Assembly: GCF_009834535.1 (NCBI RefSeq)
Contig: NC_045696.1
Location: 16,804,001 to 16,868,000 of the forward strand
Direction: 5' to 3'
DNA length: 64,000 nucleotides
Origin: Camelus ferus
Taxonomy: Eukaryota
The notes below the pieces were generated by a model, which made no database searches, was not told the DNA's origin, and saw nothing but the letters and a program-made list of their open reading frames with translations. Numbering within the stretch: position 1 is the first letter of the stretch; the number at the start of each line of letters is the position of its first letter. Position numbers and translations under genes: made by a program. This document shows positions 13,401 to 25,790 of this stretch, in pieces.

Positions 13401-15700
13401 ATATATAAAATGTCAGATTTATAGATATGACAAACATATAATGTGTATTTTGAAATTTAACTTAAACTTGACAAATTTGAGAGCTGAAACTGCAGCTTTT
13501 TTTCTTCCAGGGGTTATTGGAGTTTTATGTCTACCAGAGCTGGAGCCCTGCTACCTTCCTGGAATCTGTTTAGCTCCTTTCCATAGTCTTGGTTTCACGC
13601 AAATATCTCAGATTCATCCTCCAAATATTTTTTGGGTCTATGGATAAGTCCCTTAGTCATACCTACTCTCTTCCTCTGGTTCCTACTCTGGTTCCTTCCC
13701 TTCCTCCTTAAGCTTCTGGTTCTGTTTTCATCCAAGGGTTTTGTTGTGCCTCTTTGAAGCATTCTGTTATTTTCATTAAGGCCAGAAATGTATTGAAAAA
13801 CGTTGTATACTTCTGCTGTAATTATCCTGGGAGTATTGAAATGCATTTAATTGGTATGCAAGTGGCAAATTAGATCAGTCTCATAAATGTCTCACAGAAC
13901 ACACGTTCATTGCATTTTATGCCATGTGTGTAGTGCATTAATTAGAAAATGCAGTGGTGATTGTCACCTTCCCACTGGACAAAAAAAAAAATGACAAAGT
14001 GCAAATACCTTTACTAAAGGTAGCGTAGTTAATTAACTCTTCTACATTATAAAATTCATCATATGGAAAACAATTTGCTCTTAGAAATGGAATACTTTAT
14101 TGCTTTTATTAAATCCATGTTCATCTTTGTGGAATAAACTCACCCAGTGAGTTTTATTTGGAAAATTCCTAATCTCGGAACTGTTATTTATTCTGCATTT
14201 TATTTCCCAAGGCAAACTTTTAAATGGCTCATAAATCAAATAAACCTAATTGATTAAATATTCACTCATATTTATAAGTCAGATTAGGCAATGAGCATCC
14301 TATAAACAAATCATTCTGTGCTGCCTGGGTTCATTGACAGCCTCTCAGTGATATTAACAAATGAATATTGATATTCCATTACTGGAGCGCTTTGCTAACA
14401 CATTATCTGATAAGTTAAGAAAAAAGTGAAGGAGCATATAAAGAAAGGGCAATTTAATTTCCCCTCAGAACCTCCTAGTCTCAATACACTGGGCGCACTT
14501 TGAAGCAGCTAAGCTTTGGGCAATACCTCATGGTGAGTATTGTTAAGGAAGTGGAGAGGGCGCCCAGTCAAACAGCACAGACACCTATAGTCATGTTTCC
14601 TAATTTCTCCACTTGAGAGTCTTCAAAGTGGCTAAATCTAGGAGCCAGACTCTATGTAAGGAAATAAAACTACAGTATCAGCCCCCAATGATGCAATCAA
14701 CAAGCAAGCATGCGATCAGAGAGAAGTCAAATTATCTGCTTTTTCCTCAGGGCACTGCTCTTCCTATCCAATTTATAACCTCTCAGTCTTCCTGATAGGT
14801 TGCTGTCTGTCCCTGTGCAGTCCACGGTACGAGCCTCCAAGGCCTCATTCCACGATGTGGTCCATCTCAGGTGCAGCCCCTAAGTCGTCTTCTTACTGCT
14901 CTCTGCTCTGCCTGCAACCGTCTTTAAGCGGATGACTGCCTTCGGCTCTGAGACTAGGTTCACTTGACAAGATGCTGCCACTGGTACCTTTGCTTCAAAA
15001 CTCCTTTTCACATCCTTATCACTTAATTGTCCAGAATTTTATTAACATAGGATTCTGGTTGCATGGTACACTTGATTGAAGGCTTAGGGATAACAGAGGC
15101 AATTTCCATTTGGGGAGATAAGACCTGAAACAGGATGTAAAACATAAAAAATATAACTGTTTTGGTAGTCCAAGGGAAGAGTACACATGTCAGTGGTGTA
15201 CATGTGCACACACATATGATGCACACACACATACACACACACACTTTTTAAGGAACAGTAACATTAATAGGAGTCAGCATGATTTAACTGCAGACTAAGG
15301 AAGATAATTATTTTTTGTTTAATATTTCTTCAAATCTCGAGATATTCTTAGCCTGAAAGTAATAGCATTTTTCCATCTCCTTTCACCTTTTTTTTTTTTT
15401 TTACAAAAAAGCTCTAAAGGCACTCATCGTTAAAAATTGATGACTAGTTACAATGTTTCACCAAACCAAAGAACTGTATTTCATTGATGATCATCTTTAG
15501 TTATACAAAGTCTTAGCAGGAGTTTTATCTTAATGTCATCCCTCACCATTCCTGGAAGTATAAAGGAGACATAATACAGAGCTTTTAAGAGCAAATCCCC
15601 AGGGTGGGGAAATTGTGGTTCCAGTTTTATGTAGATTATTGATAACACTTCCATGTCCCTGCAATCTCAGGGGATTGGAACTGTTAGAAGTAATCACTTC

Positions 15701-16029
15701 TGTTGACCTAAAAGAAACTGACTGTCAGTTATCTCTCCAGGAAAAAAAAAAAGGAAAGTTCATTCGGGATCAGCAGAGAATTGCAGTGAGGGGTTTGCAA
15801 CCGTGTGCAAGTCCCTACACAGCAAGGGAATAACTCTTATACAGAGGGAAAGGGGGTTAGGAAGACTATGGTAAAGAAAGGGTCCATGGCTTTTCCTTGG
15901 CAGAGTCCCTGACAGGAAGAGAAGGCGCCCTTCTTTCTGTTGACTCCGGTATTGTGACAGGGCTCAAGAGCTCCCCCTTCTGGTCTCCTGACTCTATTTA
16001 ATTGATGCATCTGTTTATTGATTTTTGCA
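15701..16029 (-). mobile_element. ERV1-type solo LTR
   Basis: TG...CA termini with a perfect 4-bp TSD CTTC (15697-15700 / 16030-16033). Confidence 0.75.
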
Positions 16030-18689
16030 CTTCCAGTGAAAGTGTCATTGAATTAGTGGGATGTGTCAGGAAGTAGTGATGTGTTAAGGAACTGTGGTTC
16101 CCATCACTTCACAGTTTGATTAAGTTCCAAGATAGCATGGGTGGTTAGAACAGAAGGTGTTTGTTGTAAGGCCTTGGGTTTAGTGTTATCCAGCAATTAA
16201 CTTGTTACCAGGGGAAGTTGGTTCTGGATTGATGAAAATCTGCTGGTTAAAGTGGTCTGGAGCATGATGAGTGGTATTTGGGGTACTGGCATGGCCACGA
16301 CCACTTCTTTTTAGTTAATTTTCCTGCCAACCGAATGTGAAACAACTCAGAGTAATTTAGTTTTGATCCACCAAATCAGAGTGGGAAGGTTGGAAATTAT
16401 CCAAATTATCTGAATTAACTTGTTAACACAGGAAATTTAACCTCCAAGTAACTCTCTATTGTTCTGCCCATAGGAACAATGAATTTGATGGTTCAACACC
16501 ATGCAACTGAATTTTCCAGTGGTTAAGTTGGCAAGTTCTCCAGCTACTTTGATCAAATACTTTAAACCAAATGTTTAAGGACTAAATTCGATTTTTTTTC
16601 ATCCTGAGTTATCTAATTTTGCTATTCATGTAGATTAAATTCCATAATCATTGCTGTTCTTAGGATTATTTTCTTTACATGGCTACTGCCAGATGGAGCC
16701 AGTGAAGATTTCTTGATCAAAGATTAAAAAGTTCCATTTTATTTAGGCTTGCCACACACTGGCTAGATTAATCTGCCTCTGTGAAACAAACTGACCCTAA
16801 GGGCATCTTGAATTGAAACCTGATCTGTAATCTCTATCAGCTGCATGTTGAACTCAGTGCATCTGCCATATATATATATTTTTTTTTATTAAAGGAAAGC
16901 AAATGTATTGAAATTGGTATCATATTTTGAAAAATATATCTAATCTACATTATATATGTATTCTCAGGATAGTAATGGAGCTCGATTTAACAGAAAAAAA
17001 TTTATGGCCCATTCTGGTGTTCAGTTGATAGCCTCTGTATCTTATTTGCCAAAACAGTGAAAAGTCTGCTTTCTGCAAGCAACGAAAATAACAAGCACTT
17101 TCATGGTTGGGCAAACTGGGAGATGCGTGATTGTAATCTGCTTCATTGTTATAATTGAGAAATTATAAAAGACTGGTTAAATATGTATATCAAAAAGAGT
17201 GTTTTGATAATGAAATTTGCAAATATGTATGGTATTCCTTTAAAAAAATCAGAATTTCATTACATGGAGAGGAGACATAGCAGAAAGTCAAAGTGAATAA
17301 TAGTGAAAGCAAAAGCTAATAATAAAGCCAAAGTGAATCTTATAATTTAAACATTGGAGATTAGATTTGATTCTATTGGGGAGCAATTATATATGTTTGA
17401 CAGAAATGTCAAACTAAACCCCTCTGGTTAATAATTAAAGTTTAATTTCTTCTAGTGAAAATAAATTAAATGTCTTTATAAATTCCCATTCTTGACATTA
17501 TAATGCAGCCATAGCCAAAACTTTCAAGGTTTTTTAAAGGCTTATAGAAAAATACTGTTAGAAAAAGAAGTTTAAAACATACCAAAGTGCTCAGTTTTAC
17601 CAATGATTATTTACTCCACATCCTCATTCCACACATCGACGTGCTGTCTTAAGGTCATACATGTAACATTTTATGCACTGGTCCTTGATTTATATTTTTT
17701 TCCCTGGTCAAGTACTAAGCTAGCAATACGTAATATATTCTTTCTTAACAAGAGGAACACATCTTCTTCATAAACCCATGCAAAAGTTGATGCTAATCCT
17801 AAAAAGAGACTATTGCTGCTCCTTTTAAATTTTAAAGTAGAAATATATGCAAATGATGGAAGTCAAGTAGCATAATGTGAGATGAAAATGGCAGATTTAA
17901 ATAAAAGCAGCTACAGAACTTCCCTTTGCTCTTCTATTTCCCAAGTCAAATATTTGGGTATCAACATTTGTGTGTAATCAGAACTTTGGAAATACTGTGT
18001 TATACCCCAAGTCTATATTACCCTGCTTAAAATTCAAGTAATTTTAAACTTTAATTTTGAACAAAGCTTTTAGAACCCCCTCAGAAGCACTTTTCTATCT
18101 CTGTTGCATCATTTATAACAGTGATGGTCTCCCTAATGTGTGATTGGCTTGTGGGGAAATTGGTATTTAATTTTGAGTGTGATAATATAGACCCTAGTTG
18201 CCAAGAAATTCACTTCTCTTGGAGCTTGATTCTGCTTTTATTCAACAACTAAAAATATTGAATCATTGATATAGTTATTGTTATACTGTATTTGTAATAC
18301 AAAGAGTCACTGAGAGTCATCTGTGTAGCCATCACTTAGGGATTTCAGTGGTTCCATGTTGTTTTCCATGTGGTCTATCACAAATGAAAGGAACTGAGAG
18401 AGCTATAAAGGCAGTTTTTATTCAGGTTGGCTACCCTTTTCCATCCATTCCAGGGAAGAGAGCCAAGACCTTTCCGACTACTTTGTAGGTTCTCTTGAGG
18501 GAGAGTGTACATGAGAACTTCTACACAATCATCAAGGAACAAAATTAAGGATTAAAATACCTGGCTCTCCAATGGCATCGGTTTTACTTCAAAAGTAATA
18601 TATGAAGGATGGACACTTAACCTTGTTAAAAGAATTATCATTGTTTGTCTACAAAGCACCAGTTATTTTATTTGTGTTATTTGTATTTT

Positions 18690-18848
18690 ACACAATAATG
18701 CAAGACAGGTAATATTACTTACTACTCTGACTTAACAGTTGAGGAAGATGAAGATGAGAGAAATTGTCAGCCTGCAAAAGGTCACACAGTTGAGGTAGCT
18801 GGACAAACAGTCAGATCATTGCTTGGGTTTCTCCAAAGCCCAGGGCAG
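18690..18848 (-). mobile_element. MIR SINE fragment
   Basis: acagttgaggaagatgaag...aaggtcacacag...ctccaaagccc resembles antisense MIR. Confidence 0.6.
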
Positions 18849-19069
18849 GCTCTTTTCTTTGTGCTGGGTGATTCCAAATGCTAGTAAAGTTCAAAACTGT
18901 ACAGATCTAGTTCTAAAACGTATGTTAGATTTGCTCCCCTTCTACTGGTGCCTGAGAGGAGAAAGGAACTGGAGGGATTTTGTATTTGTGATTCTGTAGG
19001 GACTGTAACATTTTTTTATCAGTCACATTTAATGTGGAAATGGAAAGCTCATACAGAATAGTGGTTTAG

Positions 19070-19420
19070 ACCAACACTGGCCACTAGAAATACAAAGTAA
19101 GCCAAATATGTAATTTAAAATTTTCTAAAGGTTATACTTAAAAAGTGAAAAAGGAACAGATGAAATTAACTTTGATAATAAATTTTGACACAATATCCAA
19201 AATATCATTTCAACACAAAAAACTTCTTAATGTGATAATTTTTACTTAATTTTTCATACAGAGCCTTTAAAATCTGGCATGCTTATACATACTGAATACT
19301 TCAATTAGGATGCTAAATTTTCATCAGAATACCAGATCTGTGTTTAGATTTCATAAAATTTATAGCTGGAAAAAGATTCACTACCCAAGTTGTTCCAAGA
19401 CTACTAAAATATTTCACTAA
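19070..19420. mobile_element. hAT-Charlie DNA transposon (Charlie1/MER33-like)
   Basis: MER33-like end (tagaaatacaaagtaagccaaatatgtaattt...gatgaaattaacttt) continuing into Charlie1-like sequence (gatttcataaaatttatag...cccaagttgttccaa). Confidence 0.75.
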
Positions 19421-19521
19421 GTTTTTAAAAAGTTTTGTACTGAAAGTGTAAATATTAATAACTTCAACTTCAATACAAATAATGTTCACATCGTTCAAAG
19501 ACAAAGACGTACCTTTTTTCA

Positions 19522-19655
19522 GAGTCATTTTCAACCTTGACTGATCATCAGACCCAGTGAAGAGACTGTTAAAAACAGCATCCCAGCTGCCAGTAAAAGA
19601 AGCAGATCCCTCTCAGTTTAGGAGACCAGGCCTCGGCATTAAACAGTTTTTTTCT
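19522..19655. mobile_element. MER5-like hAT MITE fragment
   Basis: ttttcaaccttgactg...catcaga...tgttaaaaacag resembles MER5A. Confidence 0.45.
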
Positions 19656-19657
19656 AA

Positions 19658-20650
19658 ATAAACTTTTTTATTTTGAAAAGATTTAGATTTACAGAGAAGT
19701 TGAACAGCAAACTTCTATATACCCCACACCCAGATTTTTCTCATTATTTATATCTTACATTAATAAGCTAATTAGTGATTAAGGACTCAATCTTACATTA
19801 ATAAGCTATTCATGATTAATGAACCAATCTTTGTACATTATTATTAACCAGAGCCCCTATTTTATTCAGATTCCCTTAGTTTTTATTAAATGTCCTTTAC
19901 TGGTCCAGAAGCCCATCCCAGGTACCATGTTTCATTTAGTCACCAGGTCTACTTAGGCACATTTTGGCTGTAACATTTTCTCAGACTTTTCTTGTTTTTG
20001 ATGATCTTCATACTTCTGAGTATTATTGATCAGGTATTTTGTAGAATGTACTTCAACTGGTATTTTTAAAAAAATTTTTTCTCATAATTATATTGGGATC
20101 TGGGTTTTTTTGAGAGGAAGACCACAAGGGGTAAAATGTCATTCTCCATCACATCATATCAAAGGTATCACCTGTACCATCTACATGTCTCATACTATAA
20201 ACACTACTGATGTTATACTATCATCGTTGTTATAACAGCAACGTGACTTATCACTGTTGCTGTTGCCCTTAGTCACCTGGCTCAGGTGGTGTTTGTCAGG
20301 TTTCCCTGTTGTAAAGTTATTCTTTTTTCCCCTTTCCATACTATACTCTTTGGAAGAAAGTCACTGTGGACAATGCACACTTCAGATGTAGGGCGTTAGG
20401 CTGCTCCTCCTTCATGGTGAAATATTAACCTGCTATTTGGAGCTCTTCAAGGACAATTTTTTCTTACTCACTATTTATTTATTTGTTTGTTTGTTTGTTT
20501 TTTTATTTGTTTATTTATTCATTCTATTATTTATATCTGTATGGATTTATGGCTATTTGTTTTATGCTTTGGGTTATAATTCGTTACATTATTTTATTGC
20601 TCACATTTTTCCAACTTTGGTCATTGGGAGTCCTTTTGACATACCTCCAT
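19658..20650 (-). mobile_element. L1MC-type 3' UTR
   Basis: Begins aaactttttattttgaaaagatttagatttacagagaagttg; typical antisense L1MC motifs throughout. Confidence 0.8.
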
Positions 20651-21169
20651 TATTGTGTGTGTGTGTGAGTGTGTGTTTGGTGAGCATACAGTTTTAAATT
20701 TTAACCTTAGTTATTTAAAATTAAATGAAATTAAAATTCACTTCCTTTGTCTCTTTTTCCACTTTTTAAATGTTTAGAAATTTAACTTAGTGTGAATCGT
20801 ACAAATTACTAATTTTGAAAGTTTAAAAGCCAAAGTACAAGATATTTGGAGAAAATATTCTTTGATAGACCCCTGTAGTCACACCTGGGAAAACCTGCTG
20901 TCCCTAGAGTGAGGCTAAATCTGCTTGCCATATATTGTATGGTGGTTTCCAGATCCTTCTATGCGATAGCTTCCCAGTTCTGATCAGATGTAGCTGTCAG
21001 CTCTCCAATCCTCAGTCTTTGCTTTACTGTGCCATTGTGGCAACCCCAACTTTGGCAGTAAAGTTTGAGAAAGCTCACCTACAGCAATAGACATATATGG
21101 AATTGTGGTTTCTATAGCAAGTCACCCAGGGTCACCACAGACACATTAGCTCACAATGCCTCTCCTCCT

Positions 21170-21722
21170 TCCCTGACTCTATTATTTACTCTTATGATCT
21201 ATTTACACGCAGAAGCCAGATCTATCTTTTAATACATATATAATCGTGTCACTTCTCTCTGTTCAAACTTACTCATGGTTTCCTTCTGAGTATAAGACTA
21301 CAAGGAAAGGGCTGCATGATCTATTCCACCGCTGTCTCTGTCCATTCTGCAATCTCCGTTCGCCCTACCAAACTCCTGACCTTGTCTCCTCTCCTGCCGC
21401 TCCCTCCATCCCTTTTCTGTTCCAACCACACTGGTCTCCACGCCATTCCCCAAACATGCTACAAATACAGCCCCTCATGGCTTTTGAATTTGTCGGTCCC
21501 TCTGTCCAATTCCATCTTTCTTGCCCTTCTTGATTTTCCTACATAGCACTAACTTATGATCACAGAACTTGTTACATATTTATATGCTTCTGTTTATTGT
21601 CGCTCCACTCCTGTAGATCAGAGAACAAAAGGTTCACAGAAGTATGGGCATTATCATTTTCATTTATGTACTTGAGAATGTTTGGCAAATAGTGGACACT
21701 CAACAAATATTTTGGAGTGAGA
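21170..21722 (+). mobile_element. L2 3' region
   Basis: L2 motifs (gtgtcacttctctctgttcaaac) ending tggcaaatagtggacactcaacaaatattttggagtga. Confidence 0.75.
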
Positions 21723-22029
21723 CCTCTCATTTGCTGACTTCTTATTAAATACATGCCTGCAATACTTTACCTGCCACTATCTCAGTGGTGTATCTTTGCT
21801 TTAAATTATAGCTTCATTGACTGGGACTCTGACAGCATTTTCAACTCTTGCAAATTCTTTCCTTAAGAGGATGAACAAATGGAAAGGATTTGGTGATGAA
21901 TCATCCACAAATGATACAAAAGCTTTTCATATTTTAAAACTTTTTATGAATTGTAACATTTTATCAATTTTTTTGTTACCAAAGACAAAGGGAATAACTT
22001 AATAATAATATAAAATGGTAATATTTTCT

Positions 22030-22330
22030 AATCTACAATAGAAAACAAAGGCATATTACTTAGGAAAGAAACCAATTAAAGCTGACATCAGATTTCTTAA
22101 AAGTAACAGTAGAAACTTGTAGACTAAATATTCAAAATACTGAGCTTATAATTTTATTTCTAGCTAAACTATCATTTTTGAGTATGTGTGAAAGAAAGAC
22201 ATTTTCAAATGAACAAAGAATAAAAGCTGTCACTAAGAGATTTGGTGAAAGAACTACTGAGGAATGTGTTTCAGAATGAGGGTTAAAATACATGAAACAA
22301 TGATGAGCAAAAAAAATTAGTAAACATTTC
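22030..22330 (+). mobile_element. Old L1 ORF1-region fragment
   Basis: ctgacatcagatttct...ctagctaaactatcatt...aaagacattttcaaat resembles the L1 ORF1 C-terminal coding region. Confidence 0.6.
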
Positions 22331-22569
22331 ACTGATTCAGATGTTGCATAGCTCTAAGTAAACATACCTCTGCTTTTCATTTACCACATATGCTAACTTT
22401 ATTTACACATTTTCTTTGTCTTTTCTTATGTTATTCTTTACTGCTGTATCTTTCATTATTTTAAACATAATGAATCACTCTTGAATTGTTCGGTTATCTG
22501 AAGACCTTTCTGATTGTTGTGTCTGTTGATTTTCCTCATGTGGAGCCAAGCAGGGAAAGGCAGAAAGAC

Positions 22570-22815
22570 AGCTGAACACGTAAAAGAAGAGCTGGGACTG
22601 AGTGATGCCAGTAAAGCTAGAAAGAAGCATGTTTCAAGAAAAAAGACAGTAATCAACTGTATTGAATGAAAAAACAAGCTGCATGAGAATAGAAGTGCAG
22701 ATAACGGATTTAGCAGCATGGAATTTGTTGGTGACCTTGGCAGGTAAATATTCAGAGGAACAACAGTTAAGTAGAATAAGTAGAAGAGTGAGTAGGGGAA
22801 GTGAAACTCGATGGC
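22570..22815 (-). mobile_element. L2 fragment
   Basis: tgtttcaagaa...ggatttagcagcatgga...ttggtgaccttggcag resembles antisense L2. Confidence 0.6.
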
Positions 22816-25682
22816 TTAAATTCATGTACTTGGCTCTGTTCCCTTTTCAGACGTTATTAAAATGAGAGTAGAGGAAGTGTTTTTTTGTTTTGTTTTGTTT
22901 TTTAAGCACAAGCCTACTAGGATGAAGAAAATGAAACAGCATTTCAACAGATTTTTGAAGACAGATGTTGGATGAATGAGAGGTGAGCCTATGCTTGACA
23001 GAATGGATAAAATAAAAATCTCCAGTGTCTCTAGAGTGAGTGACGAGAAGGGCCATAATTATTCACTTAAAAGCACCTGGGGAAAAGTTTTTTTTGATCA
23101 GAGTTTAGGAGTGAGAAGTGCTGGCTGATACAACACCATCATTTTGTCTCAGTCAAGATTATAGTAAACCGTAACAACTGGAATAAAATCTTTTGCCATA
23201 TATTCTCCAGTAACCTAGGGTCTCCAGTTACTGTGTGTGTATACATGTGTGAGTGTGTGCATGTGTTTCTGTGTCTATCTTTCTAGGTAAAAATAAGATT
23301 ACATTTTTGAAACCATTTAGGAACATTAAAGATTAACTGCATCAAAAAGTCAAGTGGAAAGAATGTAATGCTCTGGATTTAAGCAGACTTCCTTTAGACT
23401 GACTTTCTCCCTTCATAAAAAAAGAGATAGAAACATCCAACACATAGGGGTATTTGAGGATGCAATGATGTACACATTGAAAGTGGCTGATGCATCTTTG
23501 GGATTAAATAGATATCAACTCTCTCTCTGCTCTTTGATCTTGCTGAGGTATCTAATTAAAAAAAAATTAACCTGAAAACCAAGTCTACAGGAGAATCATA
23601 CCGAGTGATATTTGGTGAGTTAAAAATGAAAATTCGGGACAATTATACAATTTCTATTCTCAAAAGAGAGGGTAAATAAAATGAGCACTGTATCTATAAA
23701 TAAAAACACTTTTTAATGATTTTTTCTTAACTTTTTTTGTTCATGGATATGCTAAGGTGAGTAAATCGTAGGCTAAATATGTCTAGTTTATATATACAGG
23801 ATTTAAACACTATACCACAAATTAAAAACCCATGGCAAACAAAACAAGGGTGAAACTGTATAGCAGTGTTCAGATTGTTTCCCAAAGAAATTGCACACAT
23901 CTTGTTTATTCTCTGCTGTCATTTTTCCATGGAAACTAAATCTCCTTACAGATATTAAATACACTCATCAATTGCTGGAAGAACCCTGAACTGAATTTTT
24001 ATATGCCAAGGGCTCCTTTCATGAAAAGCAACCTATAAGTTTTTTGTCCATGTATATTGCATTTTTTTCTTTCTCTCAAAAGGGCACATTTACTTTTATC
24101 TATTGCATAGAGTGAAATAGGCAAGAATGGACATAGTCTGACTCCAGGGATGGTGAAATGGAAATTATCCCACTCTTGTCATGAGTGCAGTCCAGGGTTA
24201 AAGAGTGTTTGCACACCCCGTGAATTATCTTTCCCTACAACCAAATGTGGGTCTTAATTCTGAATAGAGACCTTAGGCCATTATTAATCTTCAGTAGCAG
24301 AAAAACTCAAGCCCAGTCTTTTTATGTTACCTCATTATTTCTGTTCATAAATGAAAATTTAATTTCTGTTATGAGGCTTAGTGCAGTCGACTGTTATATT
24401 ATTAATTATAGAACTGCTGCTGACGCCTAGGAATGATATTTTAATAAGGCTTAATCTCTTTTCCATATTCTAGTGTCTTTCGTAATTATGTCTCTGTTTT
24501 TCTTCTTGCTTTTATTTTATTTGCAAACAAACTCAGTAGTGTGAGCAGTCATTCCAGGTTGGCTGGTGTTTCTCAGGCAGTCATGTCACTCATAACCCAG
24601 GCTCTGAATTTGTTCAGAAAACAAAAAAAAAGGAAGGGAAAGGGAAAGGCAACTTTATTTCGAATACCAATTGTAATCTTGAACCTCATCTCAGTCTGGT
24701 TTTAAGATTTACTCCCTTCACAATTGCTGAGGGATGACTTATACATGTATTTGGTAATTGTTCTTTAAAGTTTTTTAGCTGGAAATTGTTTTGTATACCA
24801 CAAGAAGCACATTTTTGATTTTTTAATTATGCTTCAAGGGAGTAGGGAATTCTCTAGACAGGAGGTATAAAAGACCTGTGGTCATATATACAATGGGATA
24901 AAAAGGTTGAAGATCGAGCTATTTCCTCTTTACATCTTTGATAGTTTCTTTCTACCAAGGAGGTGCCAATTAACACTATGACTTGTGTCATTTTTCTTTA
25001 TTAGCATAGGGCTAAGATCTGAGTTGTTTCGGTTGGTATTTCTTTCTCCTATTAGCAGACAGCATAGTATTGAGTGATGCTACCCCCATGGTGATCTCTG
25101 TTTTTCTCTCTTTTGTTCTTAGAACATTTTAACTCTATGTTAGCAATTTTTTTTTTTTTTTGTAATTGCTCTATGTGATTATCTGATCAACTCATAAGAG
25201 AGAACCTTGAAAATACTCTGTTCTGGTGAGTTGGGAGGATCAGCTCTTTTAGGACATTTTTATTTGTTTTATGCTGTGTGACATTGATGAGAACTCACAA
25301 CAGGAAGAGAGGAGCCTAATCTACAGGTCAATTTAAAGAGCGAGAATGAGAGTGGAAGTAGAGATCTATTCTACTTATTCCACAAATACTGACTCAGTGT
25401 TCTCCATATAGCCCCATGCATTCAGTCACCTTTTTCACCTTTATGCAATGCCTTGCTTACATTAGTGTCACAATTAGCCTTGATATGGTTGAGAGTTACA
25501 GTTTCTTATGGCTTATTTTGTAGTTTGTCCATCCTCTAAAATATTGTCCCTCAAAAGGTGTTGTGGAATCTGATAGTCTTCCAGTAGGAATCTCTTTTTT
25601 AAATGGAAATATTTCTGCAAAGCAAAATACATTGGCATTGATAAGTCAATTTAGTGTATCTGATATTTTTAGTGATTTGTAT

Positions 25683-25790
25683 ATTTATTGAGATACAATT
25701 GGCATACAATATTGTATTAGTTTAAGTTGTTCTACATAACAATCTACATAATGTATATGTATATACACACACATATATAATTTGAAATGA
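25683..25790 (-). mobile_element. Short L1 3' tail
   Basis: tttattgagatacaattggcatacaatattgtattagttt. Confidence 0.6.
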
